A stretch of 64,000 nt of DNA from the NCBI GenBank assembly GCA_963813335.1, contig CAWEYL010000003.1, positions 192,001 through 256,000 on the forward strand, read 5' to 3'. This document shows positions 9,653 to 18,775 of the stretch, one piece after another. The DNA comes from an uncultured Chloroflexia bacterium (GTDB lineage Bacteria; Chloroflexota; Limnocylindria; Limnocylindrales; CSP1-4). The first letter of the stretch is position 1; every line of letters starts with the position of its first letter. A model generated the notes under the pieces. It was not told the DNA's origin, made no database searches, and worked only from the letters and a program-made list of their open reading frames with translations. The position numbers and the translations under genes are program-made.

Positions 9653-10570
9653 TCAGGGGAACGTCGCCTCCTGCCAGGCGATCGTCCGCCGCACGCCGTC
9701 CTCGAGGTCGATCTGCGCGACGTAGCCCAGCTGCTCGCGTGCCTTGTCGAACGAGGCGTTCTTCACGGGCGTGACCAGCGGCCCGGGGTCGGCGAGCTGG
9801 ATGAGGTCCGTCGGCTTGCCGAGCAGCCGGCAGATCAGCTCGGCGACCTCGGTCATCGGCCGCGGGTCGGCGCGGCCCAGGTTGTACGCCTCGTACTGAC
9901 GGCCGTCCCAGCCTTCCATCAGGCTGCGGCAGCCCGCAACGATGTCGTCGATGTAGCACCAGCTCCGGGACGTCCCGCGGTGGACCGTGATCGGGCGGTC
10001 GTGGCGGACCGCGTCGATGAAGTTGGTCATCGCGCTCCGGTACGGGTCCGGCCGCTCGCCGGGGCCGTAGCACATGAAGAACCGCATGCTGGCGGCCTTG
10101 AGGCCCTGGCTCTGGCTGTAGTGGCGCAGGTAGTGCTCGGCCTGGAGCTTCGACCAGCCGTAGACGTTGGTCGGCTGGAGCACGGTGTCGGTCTCGAGGG
10201 TCTCGACGACGAGCTCCGAGCCGTGATCGCCGTAGATCTCGCTGGTCGAGGCGAAGTACAGGCGCGCATCGTGCTCCATCGCGAGCTGGATCAGGTTGAG
10301 CGTGCCGCTGACGTTGATGTCGACGCAGCGCCGCGGGAACTGCTCGCCGTTCTCGCGCCCCACCTCGCCGGCGAGATGGAAGATGTGGTCGATCTTCCAC
10401 GTGCGGAAGACCTCGGAGAGCTCCTCGTAGCGGGTGACGTCGGCGCGGAGGTAATCGGTCTCCTTGCGGATGGCGACGTCGGTGACCTTGACGTCGTAGC
10501 CGCGCTCGCGGAGGTGCTCGGTGAGGCGGCGGCCGATGACGCCGAGGCCACCGGTGATCAGGACGGCCAT
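9653..10570 (-). CDS. NAD-dependent nucleotide-sugar epimerase/dehydratase
   Basis: ITGGLGVIG, STSEIYG, YGWSK, RFFMCYGPGE, RSWCYIDD. Confidence 0.9.
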   Translation of the reverse strand: MAVLITGGLGVIGRRLTEHLRERGYDVKVTDVAIRKETDYLRADVTRYEELSEVFRTWKIDHIFHLAGEVGRENGEQFPRRCVDINVSGTLNLIQLAMEHDARLYFASTSEIYGDHGSELVVETLETDTVLQPTNVYGWSKLQAEHYLRHYSQSQGLKAASMRFFMCYGPGERPDPYRSAMTNFIDAVRHDRPITVHRGTSRSWCYIDDIVAGCRSLMEGWDGRQYEAYNLGRADPRPMTEVAELICRLLGKPTDLIQLADPGPLVTPVKNASFDKAREQLGYVAQIDLEDGVRRTIAWQEATFP

Positions 10571-10642
10571 GCATGCTCCTGGGGCCGGCGTTGCCGGGAT
10601 GCGGGTCGGGTCAGCGAAGCATACCGTGCGGCCGCGGCGGGC

Positions 10643-11482
10643 TCAGGCGGCAGGTCGGCGGAAGAGGATCAACTTGCCGGACGGTGCCTGTCCGGAGCGC
10701 ATCAGGACCCGGTCGGCGATGGACAGGTAGGCGCCGGTCGCAGCGGCCCAGCGCGGTCCGCGGCGCGCCCGGCGGCCGACCGCGGACCAGCGCCGCGCGC
10801 GCTTGCCATAGTCGGGCAGCCCGCGCTCGATCGGGTTCGCGGCCACGACCGTGCTCGCCCCGACGTCGACCAGCTCCAGGCCGGCCGCCTCGAACGCGGC
10901 CCGGTACTGCGCCAGGGGGCGGGCGACGGACGCGGCGCCGGGCTTCCGTGGCGCGACCGGCGCGGGCAGCGGCAGCGCCAGCGCGGGCTCCGCCAGGAGC
11001 AGGTGCCCGCCCGGGGCGACGGCCGCCGCGATGTTCGAGGCGGCATCCGCGAAGCGCCCGTCGTCGAGGACGTGGAGCAGCACGTTCATCGTGGTCACGA
11101 ACGGATAGCCCCGCTGCGCGGGGATCGTGTCGGGCTCGGCGATGTCACCGAGCGAGAACGACGCGGCGGGGAACTGCTGGCGCAGGCGCTCCACGGCCTC
11201 CGGCACGAAGTCGCAGCCGTCCACCCGCGAGGCGCCCATCTCGAGCCACGTGGTCACCCAGTAGCCCGTGCCTGAGCCGACGTCGAAGACCGCCAGCCCG
11301 TCGAGAGTCCGCAACCCGTTGCGCGCCAGGAAGGCCTGCACGTTGCGCCGGCCGATCTTGTAGAGCCAGCGGTTGAGCTCCTCGGGCAGCCCGGCCTGGC
11401 CGACCGCCCGAAGCGTCGACTCCTGGTGTTGTCGCTCCCAATAGGCGGCGGGATCGACGTCGGACGGGTCAGGCTCGGTCAC
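10643..11482 (-). CDS. Class I SAM-dependent methyltransferase
   Basis: VFDVGSGTG, GCDF, NVLLHV, PGGHLLLAE. Confidence 0.85.
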   Translation of the reverse strand: MTEPDPSDVDPAAYWERQHQESTLRAVGQAGLPEELNRWLYKIGRRNVQAFLARNGLRTLDGLAVFDVGSGTGYWVTTWLEMGASRVDGCDFVPEAVERLRQQFPAASFSLGDIAEPDTIPAQRGYPFVTTMNVLLHVLDDGRFADAASNIAAAVAPGGHLLLAEPALALPLPAPVAPRKPGAASVARPLAQYRAAFEAAGLELVDVGASTVVAANPIERGLPDYGKRARRWSAVGRRARRGPRWAAATGAYLSIADRVLMRSGQAPSGKLILFRRPAA

Positions 11483-11530
11483 CGGCGGAGTATAGGTGGG
11501 GCCCCGCGGACAGACGGTTCGGCGGCCTCG

Positions 11531-12199
11531 TCAGGCGGTCTGGCCCGCAGCCTCCGCGGCCTCGGTCCCGGCATCGGCCTTCGTCCGGGCGCGATGGCGG
11601 GCCTGCTTGGCGCGGTTGCCACAGGTGGCCATGTCGCACCAGCGGCGGCGGGCCGTGCGCGAGGCGTCGTAGAAGACCCAGTTGCAGGTGTCGCTGGCGC
11701 AGACGCGGATGCGCTCCGGCTGGCCGCTGGTCAGCTCGCGGACCATGGCATCGCTCAACCTGGCCAGCGCGTCGTCGACCGGGTCGCCCACGTGGCGATG
11801 GTCCACGTGCACACCGTCCGAGGCGGCCACGAGCTCGATGACCTGGCGGGCGTGGAGGGCTCGATTGACCTCCGACAGCGCGCTCCCGCGCGGGACCCGG
11901 TGCTCGACGACGGCGTCGGCGACCTCGCGCAGGGCCCCGCGGACGGTGTGCACGCGGTCGATGTCCCGCGCGGCGACATCGGGCCGGTCGGCGGCCTCGC
12001 GGCGCGCCCGGTCGGCGCCTTCGACGTGGATCAGGCCTCGGTCGGCGAACCAGCCGAGGGCCAGATCGAGCGTGGGGAGCTTCTCGACGGGGAAACCATC
12101 CTCGGTGTCCAGGGTGTTCAGGAAGTCGAAGGTGGTATCGACGCTGACGTCGTGGGCGTGGCCCTGCGGCGCGGGCTGGATGGTTGACGAAGTGTTCAT
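11531..12199 (-). CDS. ABATE/CGNR zinc-finger domain protein (putative regulator)
   Basis: FDFLNT...; RIRVCASDTCNWVFYDASRTARRRWCDMATCGNRAK. Confidence 0.92.
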   Translation of the reverse strand: MNTSSTIQPAPQGHAHDVSVDTTFDFLNTLDTEDGFPVEKLPTLDLALGWFADRGLIHVEGADRARREAADRPDVAARDIDRVHTVRGALREVADAVVEHRVPRGSALSEVNRALHARQVIELVAASDGVHVDHRHVGDPVDDALARLSDAMVRELTSGQPERIRVCASDTCNWVFYDASRTARRRWCDMATCGNRAKQARHRARTKADAGTEAAEAAGQTA

Positions 12200-12202
12200 C
12201 GC

Positions 12203-12283
12203 GTAACCACATTACGCCTATTGACAGGTTACACGCAACCCTCTACGATGCACCTAACCCATTAAGAGACATTTACCGGTTAC
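12203..12283. promoter_or_regulatory. Two TAACC-N18-GGTTA inverted repeats plus sigma70 promoter TTGACA-N17-TACGAT
   Basis: GTAACC 12203-08/GGTTAC 12227-32; TAACC 12255-59/GGTTAC 12278-83; TTGACA 12221-26, TACGAT 12244-49. Confidence 0.75.
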
Positions 12284-12309
12284 ATCGACCGGAGGAAGCG
12301 GAGGTCCCA

Positions 12310-12426
12310 ATGGACGCCATCGCCATCATCATCGGACTCGTCGGCGCCATCGTCCTGCTGGACCTCTCGGCCCTCCGCACGGGTGCCGACTCCCGCGAGT
12401 TCGACCTGGACGAGCACCGCCGCTAG
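12310..12426 (+). CDS. Small single-TM membrane protein (38 aa, ...RxGADSR motif)
   Basis: GGAGG RBS; MDAIAIIIGLVGAIVLLDLSALRTGADSREFDLDEHRR. Confidence 0.7.
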   Translation: MDAIAIIIGLVGAIVLLDLSALRTGADSREFDLDEHRR

Positions 12427-12468
12427 GCCGCTCGACCACTTGCCCCCGCCCGTCCACAGGAGGACGAC

Positions 12469-12702
12469 ATGAACCACTGGGCCCTGATCGCCATGGACGT
12501 CGCCAATGAGCAGGCCCGCCAGCTCAAGCATGCACAGCTCGTGGCCGAGGCCCGCGCCGGCCGCCCGGCCGGGACGCCCTTCGTCCGGCGGGCCCTGGCC
12601 AACAGCCTGGCCGTGGTCAGCCGCCGCAGCGCGGCCGCGGTCCGACGGCTCGACGACTGCGTCGCGGACGACCTCGGCCGGAGCCTCGCTCCGACGAAGT
12701 AG
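12469..12702 (+). CDS. Small hypothetical protein (77 aa)
   Basis: AGGAGG RBS, GC-rich codon usage, followed by a terminator-like hairpin. Confidence 0.7.
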   Translation: MNHWALIAMDVANEQARQLKHAQLVAEARAGRPAGTPFVRRALANSLAVVSRRSAAAVRRLDDCVADDLGRSLAPTK

Positions 12703-12740
12703 GCGCACGGCCCGCGTGCCGTCGATCGACCCGATCACCT

Positions 12741-12783
12741 GAACGGTGGGTGAGGCACTCGCCTGATCCACCGTTCTTCATGT
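12741..12783 (+). terminator. Intrinsic terminator-like hairpin between convergent genes
   Basis: GAACGGTGGGTGAGGC-ACTC-GCCTGATCCACCGTTC followed by TTCATGT. Confidence 0.6.
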
Positions 12784-12808
12784 CCGGTTTCGTCGTTGCC
12801 CGCGCAGA

Positions 12809-14593
12809 TCAGCTCGTCGCGGCCGGGTCGACCACGCGGCCCGCGAACAAGATCGCTCCCGTCTCCAGGTCGCGCAGGGCGAAGAAGAACGGGTGGTCGA
12901 GCCGCAGCGTGACCTCCTTCGCCGGCTGCGGCCCGGTGCAACCACCAGTGTCCATCCCGATCGCGGTCGCAGCGGCCGCCTCGGTGCCCTTCTCGTCGAC
13001 GTCGATGTTCGCCTGGTGGATGACGTTCCCGATGTAGAGCGTGTCGCTTTGGCTGGTGGGTCGGTGGATCCCCGAGAAGTCGGCCGTGCCGGCACTGAAT
13101 GCGTCGGGCATCCCGAGGGCGGCCAAGAGCCCCTTGAGCTGGGCCCGCGTATCGATGCTGAAGCGCGGCATGAAGAGCGACAGGCTGTACGGATACGAGC
13201 CGCAGTCCTCCGGTTGCGGGCCGTAGCTGATGTCCTTGGCGAGGCGTGTCCGCTCCTTGGCGAGCGATGCCGCGATCTGTCCGACCTGCGCGCCGCTGAG
13301 CCTGGACTCGAACGTGGCCAGGTCGTCGGGCATGATCAGGGTCATGGCGAGCGGGGGCGTGTCGCCCGGGCCGCGGTATCGCAGCTCGGTGGCCCGCCAA
13401 CCGGCGCCCTTGACGTAGGGAACCTCCTGCCCGCCGAACAGCCGCATCGTCGGCACGTCGCTGACGGAGGTCGCCGACCGGTGGAAAGGTCGTGCGGTGG
13501 TCTCGCCGTCAGCGAACGGGACCAGCCAGTTCGCCTTCAGGTAGACGGCGTTGACCAGGTACAGGCGCGTGCCGGTGGTGACGTCGTTGCTGCCGAGGAG
13601 CTTCGGGATGCGGCGCTCGGTCTGGCGGCTCACCCAGGCATTGATCGTCTGGCGTGCCGCATCCGGGTCGGCCGTGTAGTCCACGAGCTGCTGGCCCGAC
13701 CCGAAGGTCCGGGCGATCTCGTCGAGGAAGGACTGCTCGATCGGCCAGCCCTTCTGCGCGAATGAGCTGTTCGCGATCTTGAGAGCGAGCTCGTGGCTGT
13801 GGCCCTCGTCGTCCTGGTAGGTGCCGTCGCGGGACGCGATCAGCTGCTCCAGCGAGCCGTAGCCAGGCCCGAGCGTGGCCTGGCTGCTCGCGTGCAGGAC
13901 GTCGTCGATCTGCGAGGCGGTCGTGCCCTTGGCGCCCGCCCGGACCATCCCGAGGGCGAGGGCGATGCTCGTCGGCGAGAAAACCATGTTCCGGCTGGCC
14001 CCGTCGATGGTCGGGTCCGCCAGCATCTGGCGATAGATATCGATGCCGAACGCATCGATCGCCGTCGCCGCGGCGCGGGCCTGCTTCGCGTCGGCCGGTC
14101 GGCGGGAGACGGCCGACATCGCCACATCGATGCCAGTGATCGCCGGCTCCGCCACGCCGATCCACGGCGTCCCGTCGTGGTCTGCCGCGGCGACCCACGC
14201 GCGGCTAGCGCCACTCTTGAGGGTGAACCCGAGCGGTTCGACCTGGTACCAGGTGTACCCCGACGCCTCGACGGGGCCTCCGACGACCTGGAGCTCGGTG
14301 CCCAGCGGGAGGAGCGGGTCGTACTTGACGGAGTCGTCGCTGACGCGCGGCTCCGACCGCATGCGCACGTCGCCGCTGACGGTCTTGACGACGGCGCCAA
14401 GGAATGCGTCGCTCGGGCCTGACGGGCTCGCGGCTGGCGACGAGGACGGGGCCGGCGATCCGGCCGACGGTGTCGCGGACGGCGTCCCGTTCGGGCCGGC
14501 CGACGGTGATGGTGAGGTCTCCTGGGATCCGCAGGCGGCGACGGCAAACGCGACAACGAGGAGTCCGACGCTGATCCGTCGAGCCTGGTCCAT
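12809..14593 (-). CDS. Lipoprotein serpin with Pro/Ser linker and N-terminal SH3b-like domain
   Basis: Lipobox VAAC; FSPTSIALAL, VNAVYLKANW, MPRF, HQANIDVDEKGTEAAAATA, DHPFFFALRD. Confidence 0.9.
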   Translation of the reverse strand: MDQARRISVGLLVVAFAVAACGSQETSPSPSAGPNGTPSATPSAGSPAPSSSPAASPSGPSDAFLGAVVKTVSGDVRMRSEPRVSDDSVKYDPLLPLGTELQVVGGPVEASGYTWYQVEPLGFTLKSGASRAWVAAADHDGTPWIGVAEPAITGIDVAMSAVSRRPADAKQARAAATAIDAFGIDIYRQMLADPTIDGASRNMVFSPTSIALALGMVRAGAKGTTASQIDDVLHASSQATLGPGYGSLEQLIASRDGTYQDDEGHSHELALKIANSSFAQKGWPIEQSFLDEIARTFGSGQQLVDYTADPDAARQTINAWVSRQTERRIPKLLGSNDVTTGTRLYLVNAVYLKANWLVPFADGETTARPFHRSATSVSDVPTMRLFGGQEVPYVKGAGWRATELRYRGPGDTPPLAMTLIMPDDLATFESRLSGAQVGQIAASLAKERTRLAKDISYGPQPEDCGSYPYSLSLFMPRFSIDTRAQLKGLLAALGMPDAFSAGTADFSGIHRPTSQSDTLYIGNVIHQANIDVDEKGTEAAAATAIGMDTGGCTGPQPAKEVTLRLDHPFFFALRDLETGAILFAGRVVDPAATS

Positions 14594-14858
14594 GGCGTGT
14601 CCCTCCCGCTTCCCCGCCCGATGCGAACGTGATTCGGCGGTCGTGGAGCCCAGCCGGCCGTCTTGCGGTGGGGCCGATCGGCGTTGGGACGCCTGATGAT
14701 GCCGGATGTTGCGGCGGCCGGATAAGTCGCAGCTAAGCGCCCATCGGTAGGGTCTGCCACGACGTCTCGTCCACGTCGGTAGTGCCCCCAACGTGGCGAG
14801 ACGTCGCGTCGCGAGCGCCCAGTCCGCCTGAGCCGATCCCGCCGGGGAGGGCTCGACC

Positions 14859-15593
14859 TTGGACCCTGCACCGGCGCCCTGGCGCACGATCGAGAGCAGC
14901 CCGCCAGGCGGCGCGACCGCTGATAGCGACGCCATCGGCAGTCCGGCCCGACCGTCCCGGACCGCATTCGCGATCTTCGCGTTGGCCGGGCTCGTCGTGC
15001 TGGCGTCGTTCCTCGTGGCCGTCGGCTCGGGCACCGGCGGTTCGCTCGAGGTCGATGGCGGCTCCCCGGTGCCGGCCTCCTACCCCGGTGCCGCGGCACC
15101 CAGCGCGGTGGACGGCATGACGTCGGTGAACGGCGATCGGGTCGTCGTCGAGATCGTCGGGGCGGTCGCCCATCCCGGCGTCTTCCACCTTCCCATCGGT
15201 GCGCGCCTCGGGGACCTGGTCGAGGCGGCCGGCGGGTTCGGGCCGCGGGTCGACACGACGCGCGCGAGCTCGCTGAACCTCGCCGCGATCCTCAAGGACG
15301 GCGACCAGGTGCGGGTGCCGTCGCGCGACGACGCCCAGGCAAGCAGCCCGTCGCGAGCGGGCGCCGACGGGACCGGCGGGACGGGCCCCGGCGCCACCCC
15401 CATGGTCGACCTCAACCGAGCCACCAGCGCGGAGCTCGAGGCCCTGCCCGGGATCGGGCCGGTGACGGCCGGCAAGATCGTCGCGTCGCGCGAGTCGACC
15501 GGCCGGTTCGTCGCGATCGAGGACCTGCGGACCCGCAAGCTCGTCGGCGAGAAGCTCTTCGAGCAGCTCAAGCCGCTCGTGACGGTCGGGTGA
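14859..15593 (+). CDS. comEA: Competence protein ComEA (SLBB + helix-hairpin-helix)
   Basis: TM anchor, VEIVGAVAHPGVF, LNLAAILKDGDQVRVP, VDLNRAT..ELEALPGIGP. Confidence 0.9.
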   Translation: MDPAPAPWRTIESSPPGGATADSDAIGSPARPSRTAFAIFALAGLVVLASFLVAVGSGTGGSLEVDGGSPVPASYPGAAAPSAVDGMTSVNGDRVVVEIVGAVAHPGVFHLPIGARLGDLVEAAGGFGPRVDTTRASSLNLAAILKDGDQVRVPSRDDAQASSPSRAGADGTGGTGPGATPMVDLNRATSAELEALPGIGPVTAGKIVASRESTGRFVAIEDLRTRKLVGEKLFEQLKPLVTVG

Positions 15594-15594
15594 G

Positions 15595-18500
15595 ATGCCG
15601 CGCAGCGGCTGGCTGGCCACGGGGGCGGTCGCCGCCGCCTGGACGGCCACGAGCGTCTCCTGGATCTGGGCCGTCGCGTTGACCGTTCTCGGCGTGGCGG
15701 CCGTGGTGACGGCTTGGGCGATCCGTGCCGAGCGCGCCGAGCGCGCCGGGCGGGTCGTCCTCTTCGGGGCGGCGCTGATCCTGGCCCGGCTCATCGTCGG
15801 CGGCGCGGGTCCGGCGGTGCCGGCCACCGTCCCGGACGGCCGCGGCCCGTGGCTGTTCACGGTCGAAGCCACCGGCGCCGCCCGCGACGGGAGTCAGACT
15901 GCCACGCTCGGATCGCTACCGGGTGCGACGCCCGTCGTCCGGGTGGCGGCGACCCTGCCGGCCTATCCCGCGGTCATGGCCGGCGACATCGTCACCGTCG
16001 AGGGTCCGATCCGCCCGCGACCCACCTCGTCCTATGGCGACTACCTCGAGCGCATCGGGGCCGTCGGGACGATCACGGCCACGTCGATGGAGGTCGCGCC
16101 GCGGCCGTTCGATGCGGGGCACGCCGTCGAGGACGCCCGCCAGGCCGCCGCCGCGGCGCTGGCCGCCGTGCTACCGGAACCCGAGGCCGGCCTCGCCGCC
16201 GGGATCCTCATCGGCCTGCGCGATCGGGTCGACCGGGACCTGGCAGCCGCGTTCACGACGGCCGGCGTGAGCCACGTGGTCGCCATCTCGGGCTGGAACA
16301 TCGCGATCGTGGCCGCCGCGGTCGCGGCGTGCTCGGGCCGGATGGGCCGGCGGCGGCGGTCGGTGGTCACGATGGCCGCGATCGTCGCCTACGTCGTCTT
16401 CGCGGGCGCGTCGGCCTCCGTGGTCCGTGCCGGGGCGATGGCAGGGGTGGTGCTGCTCGCCCGCGAATCGGGTCGGGCCGGACGCGCGGCGGCGGCACTC
16501 GGCTGGGCCGCGGCGATCCTGCTCCTGGCCGACCCGCGGCTGATCGGCGATGCGGGATTCCAGCTGTCGGCACTCGCGACAGCCGGGCTCATCGCGTGGG
16601 CCACCCCGACGACCGAGGCGATCGAGCGGCTCGGCCGCGGACACGTCCCGCGCTGGCTCGCCGAGAGCCTCGGGGTCTCGCTGGCGGCCCAGCTGGCGAC
16701 GCTGCCGGTGATCCTCATCGCGTTCGGGCGGCTGGCGATCCTCGCGCCGGCGGTCAACCTCGTCATCGTCCCGCTCGTCGCCCCGGCGATGGCCGCCGGA
16801 CTCGTGGCCCTCTTCGGTGGCGTCCTGATGATGCTCGGGGCGCCACCGGTCGCCGGAGCGGTGCTCGCCCTCCCGGGCTGGGTCTCGCTCCGGCTGATGG
16901 TCGCCATCGTCGACACGGCCGCCGGGATCCCGTTCGCGAGCGTGACGCTACCAGCGCCGATCGCCCTGGCCGCGGCGGGCGCGACGATCGCCGCGATCCT
17001 CGGCGTCCGGGTCTGCCTTCACCGCCGCCGCGGTCGCGCGTCCGCCCGGGATCGGACGGCCGAGCCACGGCCCACCGAGTCTCGGCCCGGCGGGCGCCGG
17101 ACCACGACCTCACCGCCCCGCGTGCTGCGCCTCGCCGTGGTGTCGCTCGCGGTCAGCGTCGTCGTGGGCGGCGCGGTCGTCAGCTCCCGCCCCGTCGGTC
17201 TCCCTCGCGTCTCGGTCATGGATGTCGGGCAGGGCGATGCGATCCTCGTCGAGGGCTCGCGCGGCGGCAGGCTGCTCATCGACGGAGGGCCAGACCCCGC
17301 CCGGTTGCTGATCGAGCTCGACGCGCGGATCCCGCCCTGGGACCGGCGCATCGATGCCGTCATCCTCACCCACCCCCACGAAGACCATGTGGCCGGCCTC
17401 GCGCGACTGCTCGACCGCTATCGGATCGGGCGCGTCTTCGAGCCCGGGATGCGCGGGCCCGGGCCTGGGTATGCCGCCTGGCTCGGCCGGCTGGCGGTCG
17501 CGGCGGCGCCCGTCCGGATGGGCCTTGCCCGGGGCGATCGATTGGCCGTGGATGACATCGACCTCCGCGTGCTCTGGCCGATCCGTGGCCAGGTCCCGGC
17601 CGAACCGCCCGACGGCGGGACCGGCATCAACAACGTCTCGATCGTTTTGCTCGGCTCGGTCGGCACGTTCCGGTTCCTGTTGGCCGGCGACGTCGAGCAG
17701 GGGATCGACCCGTCGTTGCTCGAGGAGCGGCTGCCTCGGCTCGACTTCCTCAAGGTCGCCCACCACGGCAGCAAGACCGCGACGACGCAGGCGTTCGTCG
17801 ACGCCGTGCGCCCCAGGGTCGCCGTCGCGTCGGCTGGCGCGGGCAACCCATACGGTCACCCAGCGCCGTCCACGCTCGAACGGCTGGCGGCCGCCGGCGC
17901 CCAGGTCTTCCGGACCGACCTCGACGGCACCGTCGTGGCCACCTTCGACCCAGCCGGGATGACGGTGCGGGCGGAAGGTGGGCGTCCCGTGGCCGCCCGC
18001 GCCGCGGTGCCGGATGCGCGAGCCGCGGCGTTCCGCTGCGGCATCCCGAACGCCGCCCTCATCCCGGAACGCGAGCCGACGCGGCCGCCGCCGGCCAGTG
18101 CCCTCCGCCCGAGGCCGACCACCACCGTCGGGTACCATCGAGCCGATGACGGTCCCGGGGCGGGTGGACGCCGCCTCCCTCCTGCTCTCCCTGGATCCCC
18201 CGCCCTGGTTGCTGCGGCACGCGCGCGCCGTGGCCGAGGTGGCCGGCTGGCTGGCGGCGCGGATCGACGCACGCGGGATCGCCGTGGACCGACGACTCGT
18301 CGAGGCCGCGGCCCTGCTCCACGACGCCGACAAGGCGCTGCCGGCCGGCGATCCGGCGCGCGGCCTCCCCCATGGCGAGGGATCGGCGGCCTGGCTGACC
18401 CGCCAGGGCCATCCCGAGCTGGCGCGGGCTGTCGCGGGCCACCCGGTGACGCGCCTGCTCGACGGCGAGCGGTCCAAGACCTGGGCCGCGTTCGCGAGCC

Positions 18501-18639
18501 GCGAGGAGCGGATCGTGGCCTACGCCGACAAGCGCGCCGGGCAGCGCCTCGAATCGATGGACGCCCGCTTCGCGTCGTGGCGCCGGCGCTATCCGGACCC
18601 GACCGGTGGCGACCGCCAGGCCGCCGGCTGGGACGATGA
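15595..18639 (+). CDS. comEC: DNA internalization competence protein ComEC/Rec2 (conserved part ends ~17990; long tail overlaps the next gene)
   Basis: GVSHVVAISGWNI, GFQLS, DVGQGDA, THPHEDHVAG, KVAHHGSK, NPYGHP. Confidence 0.9.
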   Translation: MPRSGWLATGAVAAAWTATSVSWIWAVALTVLGVAAVVTAWAIRAERAERAGRVVLFGAALILARLIVGGAGPAVPATVPDGRGPWLFTVEATGAARDGSQTATLGSLPGATPVVRVAATLPAYPAVMAGDIVTVEGPIRPRPTSSYGDYLERIGAVGTITATSMEVAPRPFDAGHAVEDARQAAAAALAAVLPEPEAGLAAGILIGLRDRVDRDLAAAFTTAGVSHVVAISGWNIAIVAAAVAACSGRMGRRRRSVVTMAAIVAYVVFAGASASVVRAGAMAGVVLLARESGRAGRAAAALGWAAAILLLADPRLIGDAGFQLSALATAGLIAWATPTTEAIERLGRGHVPRWLAESLGVSLAAQLATLPVILIAFGRLAILAPAVNLVIVPLVAPAMAAGLVALFGGVLMMLGAPPVAGAVLALPGWVSLRLMVAIVDTAAGIPFASVTLPAPIALAAAGATIAAILGVRVCLHRRRGRASARDRTAEPRPTESRPGGRRTTTSPPRVLRLAVVSLAVSVVVGGAVVSSRPVGLPRVSVMDVGQGDAILVEGSRGGRLLIDGGPDPARLLIELDARIPPWDRRIDAVILTHPHEDHVAGLARLLDRYRIGRVFEPGMRGPGPGYAAWLGRLAVAAAPVRMGLARGDRLAVDDIDLRVLWPIRGQVPAEPPDGGTGINNVSIVLLGSVGTFRFLLAGDVEQGIDPSLLEERLPRLDFLKVAHHGSKTATTQAFVDAVRPRVAVASAGAGNPYGHPAPSTLERLAAAGAQVFRTDLDGTVVATFDPAGMTVRAEGGRPVAARAAVPDARAAAFRCGIPNAALIPEREPTRPPPASALRPRPTTTVGYHRADDGPGAGGRRLPPALPGSPALVAAARARRGRGGRLAGGADRRTRDRRGPTTRRGRGPAPRRRQGAAGRRSGARPPPWRGIGGLADPPGPSRAGAGCRGPPGDAPARRRAVQDLGRVREPRGADRGLRRQARRAAPRIDGRPLRVVAPALSGPDRWRPPGRRLGR

Positions 18640-18775
18640 CGCCCTGCGGGCGGTCCGGGCGCGCGCGGCACGCCTCGAGGCCGATGTCTGCCGGGCCGCC
18701 GGGGTCGCGCCGGCCGAGGTCCGCCGGCTCGCGTGGACCGGCGACGCCCTCCGCGCCGCGGCGGCGCGCGCATGA
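18146..18775 (+). CDS. HD-domain phosphohydrolase
   Basis: HARAVA...AALLHDADK...HG...GH...IVAYADKR; TACCAT-N7-ATG leaderless start; ATGA overlap with holA. Confidence 0.85.
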   Translation: MTVPGRVDAASLLLSLDPPPWLLRHARAVAEVAGWLAARIDARGIAVDRRLVEAAALLHDADKALPAGDPARGLPHGEGSAAWLTRQGHPELARAVAGHPVTRLLDGERSKTWAAFASREERIVAYADKRAGQRLESMDARFASWRRRYPDPTGGDRQAAGWDDDALRAVRARAARLEADVCRAAGVAPAEVRRLAWTGDALRAAAARA

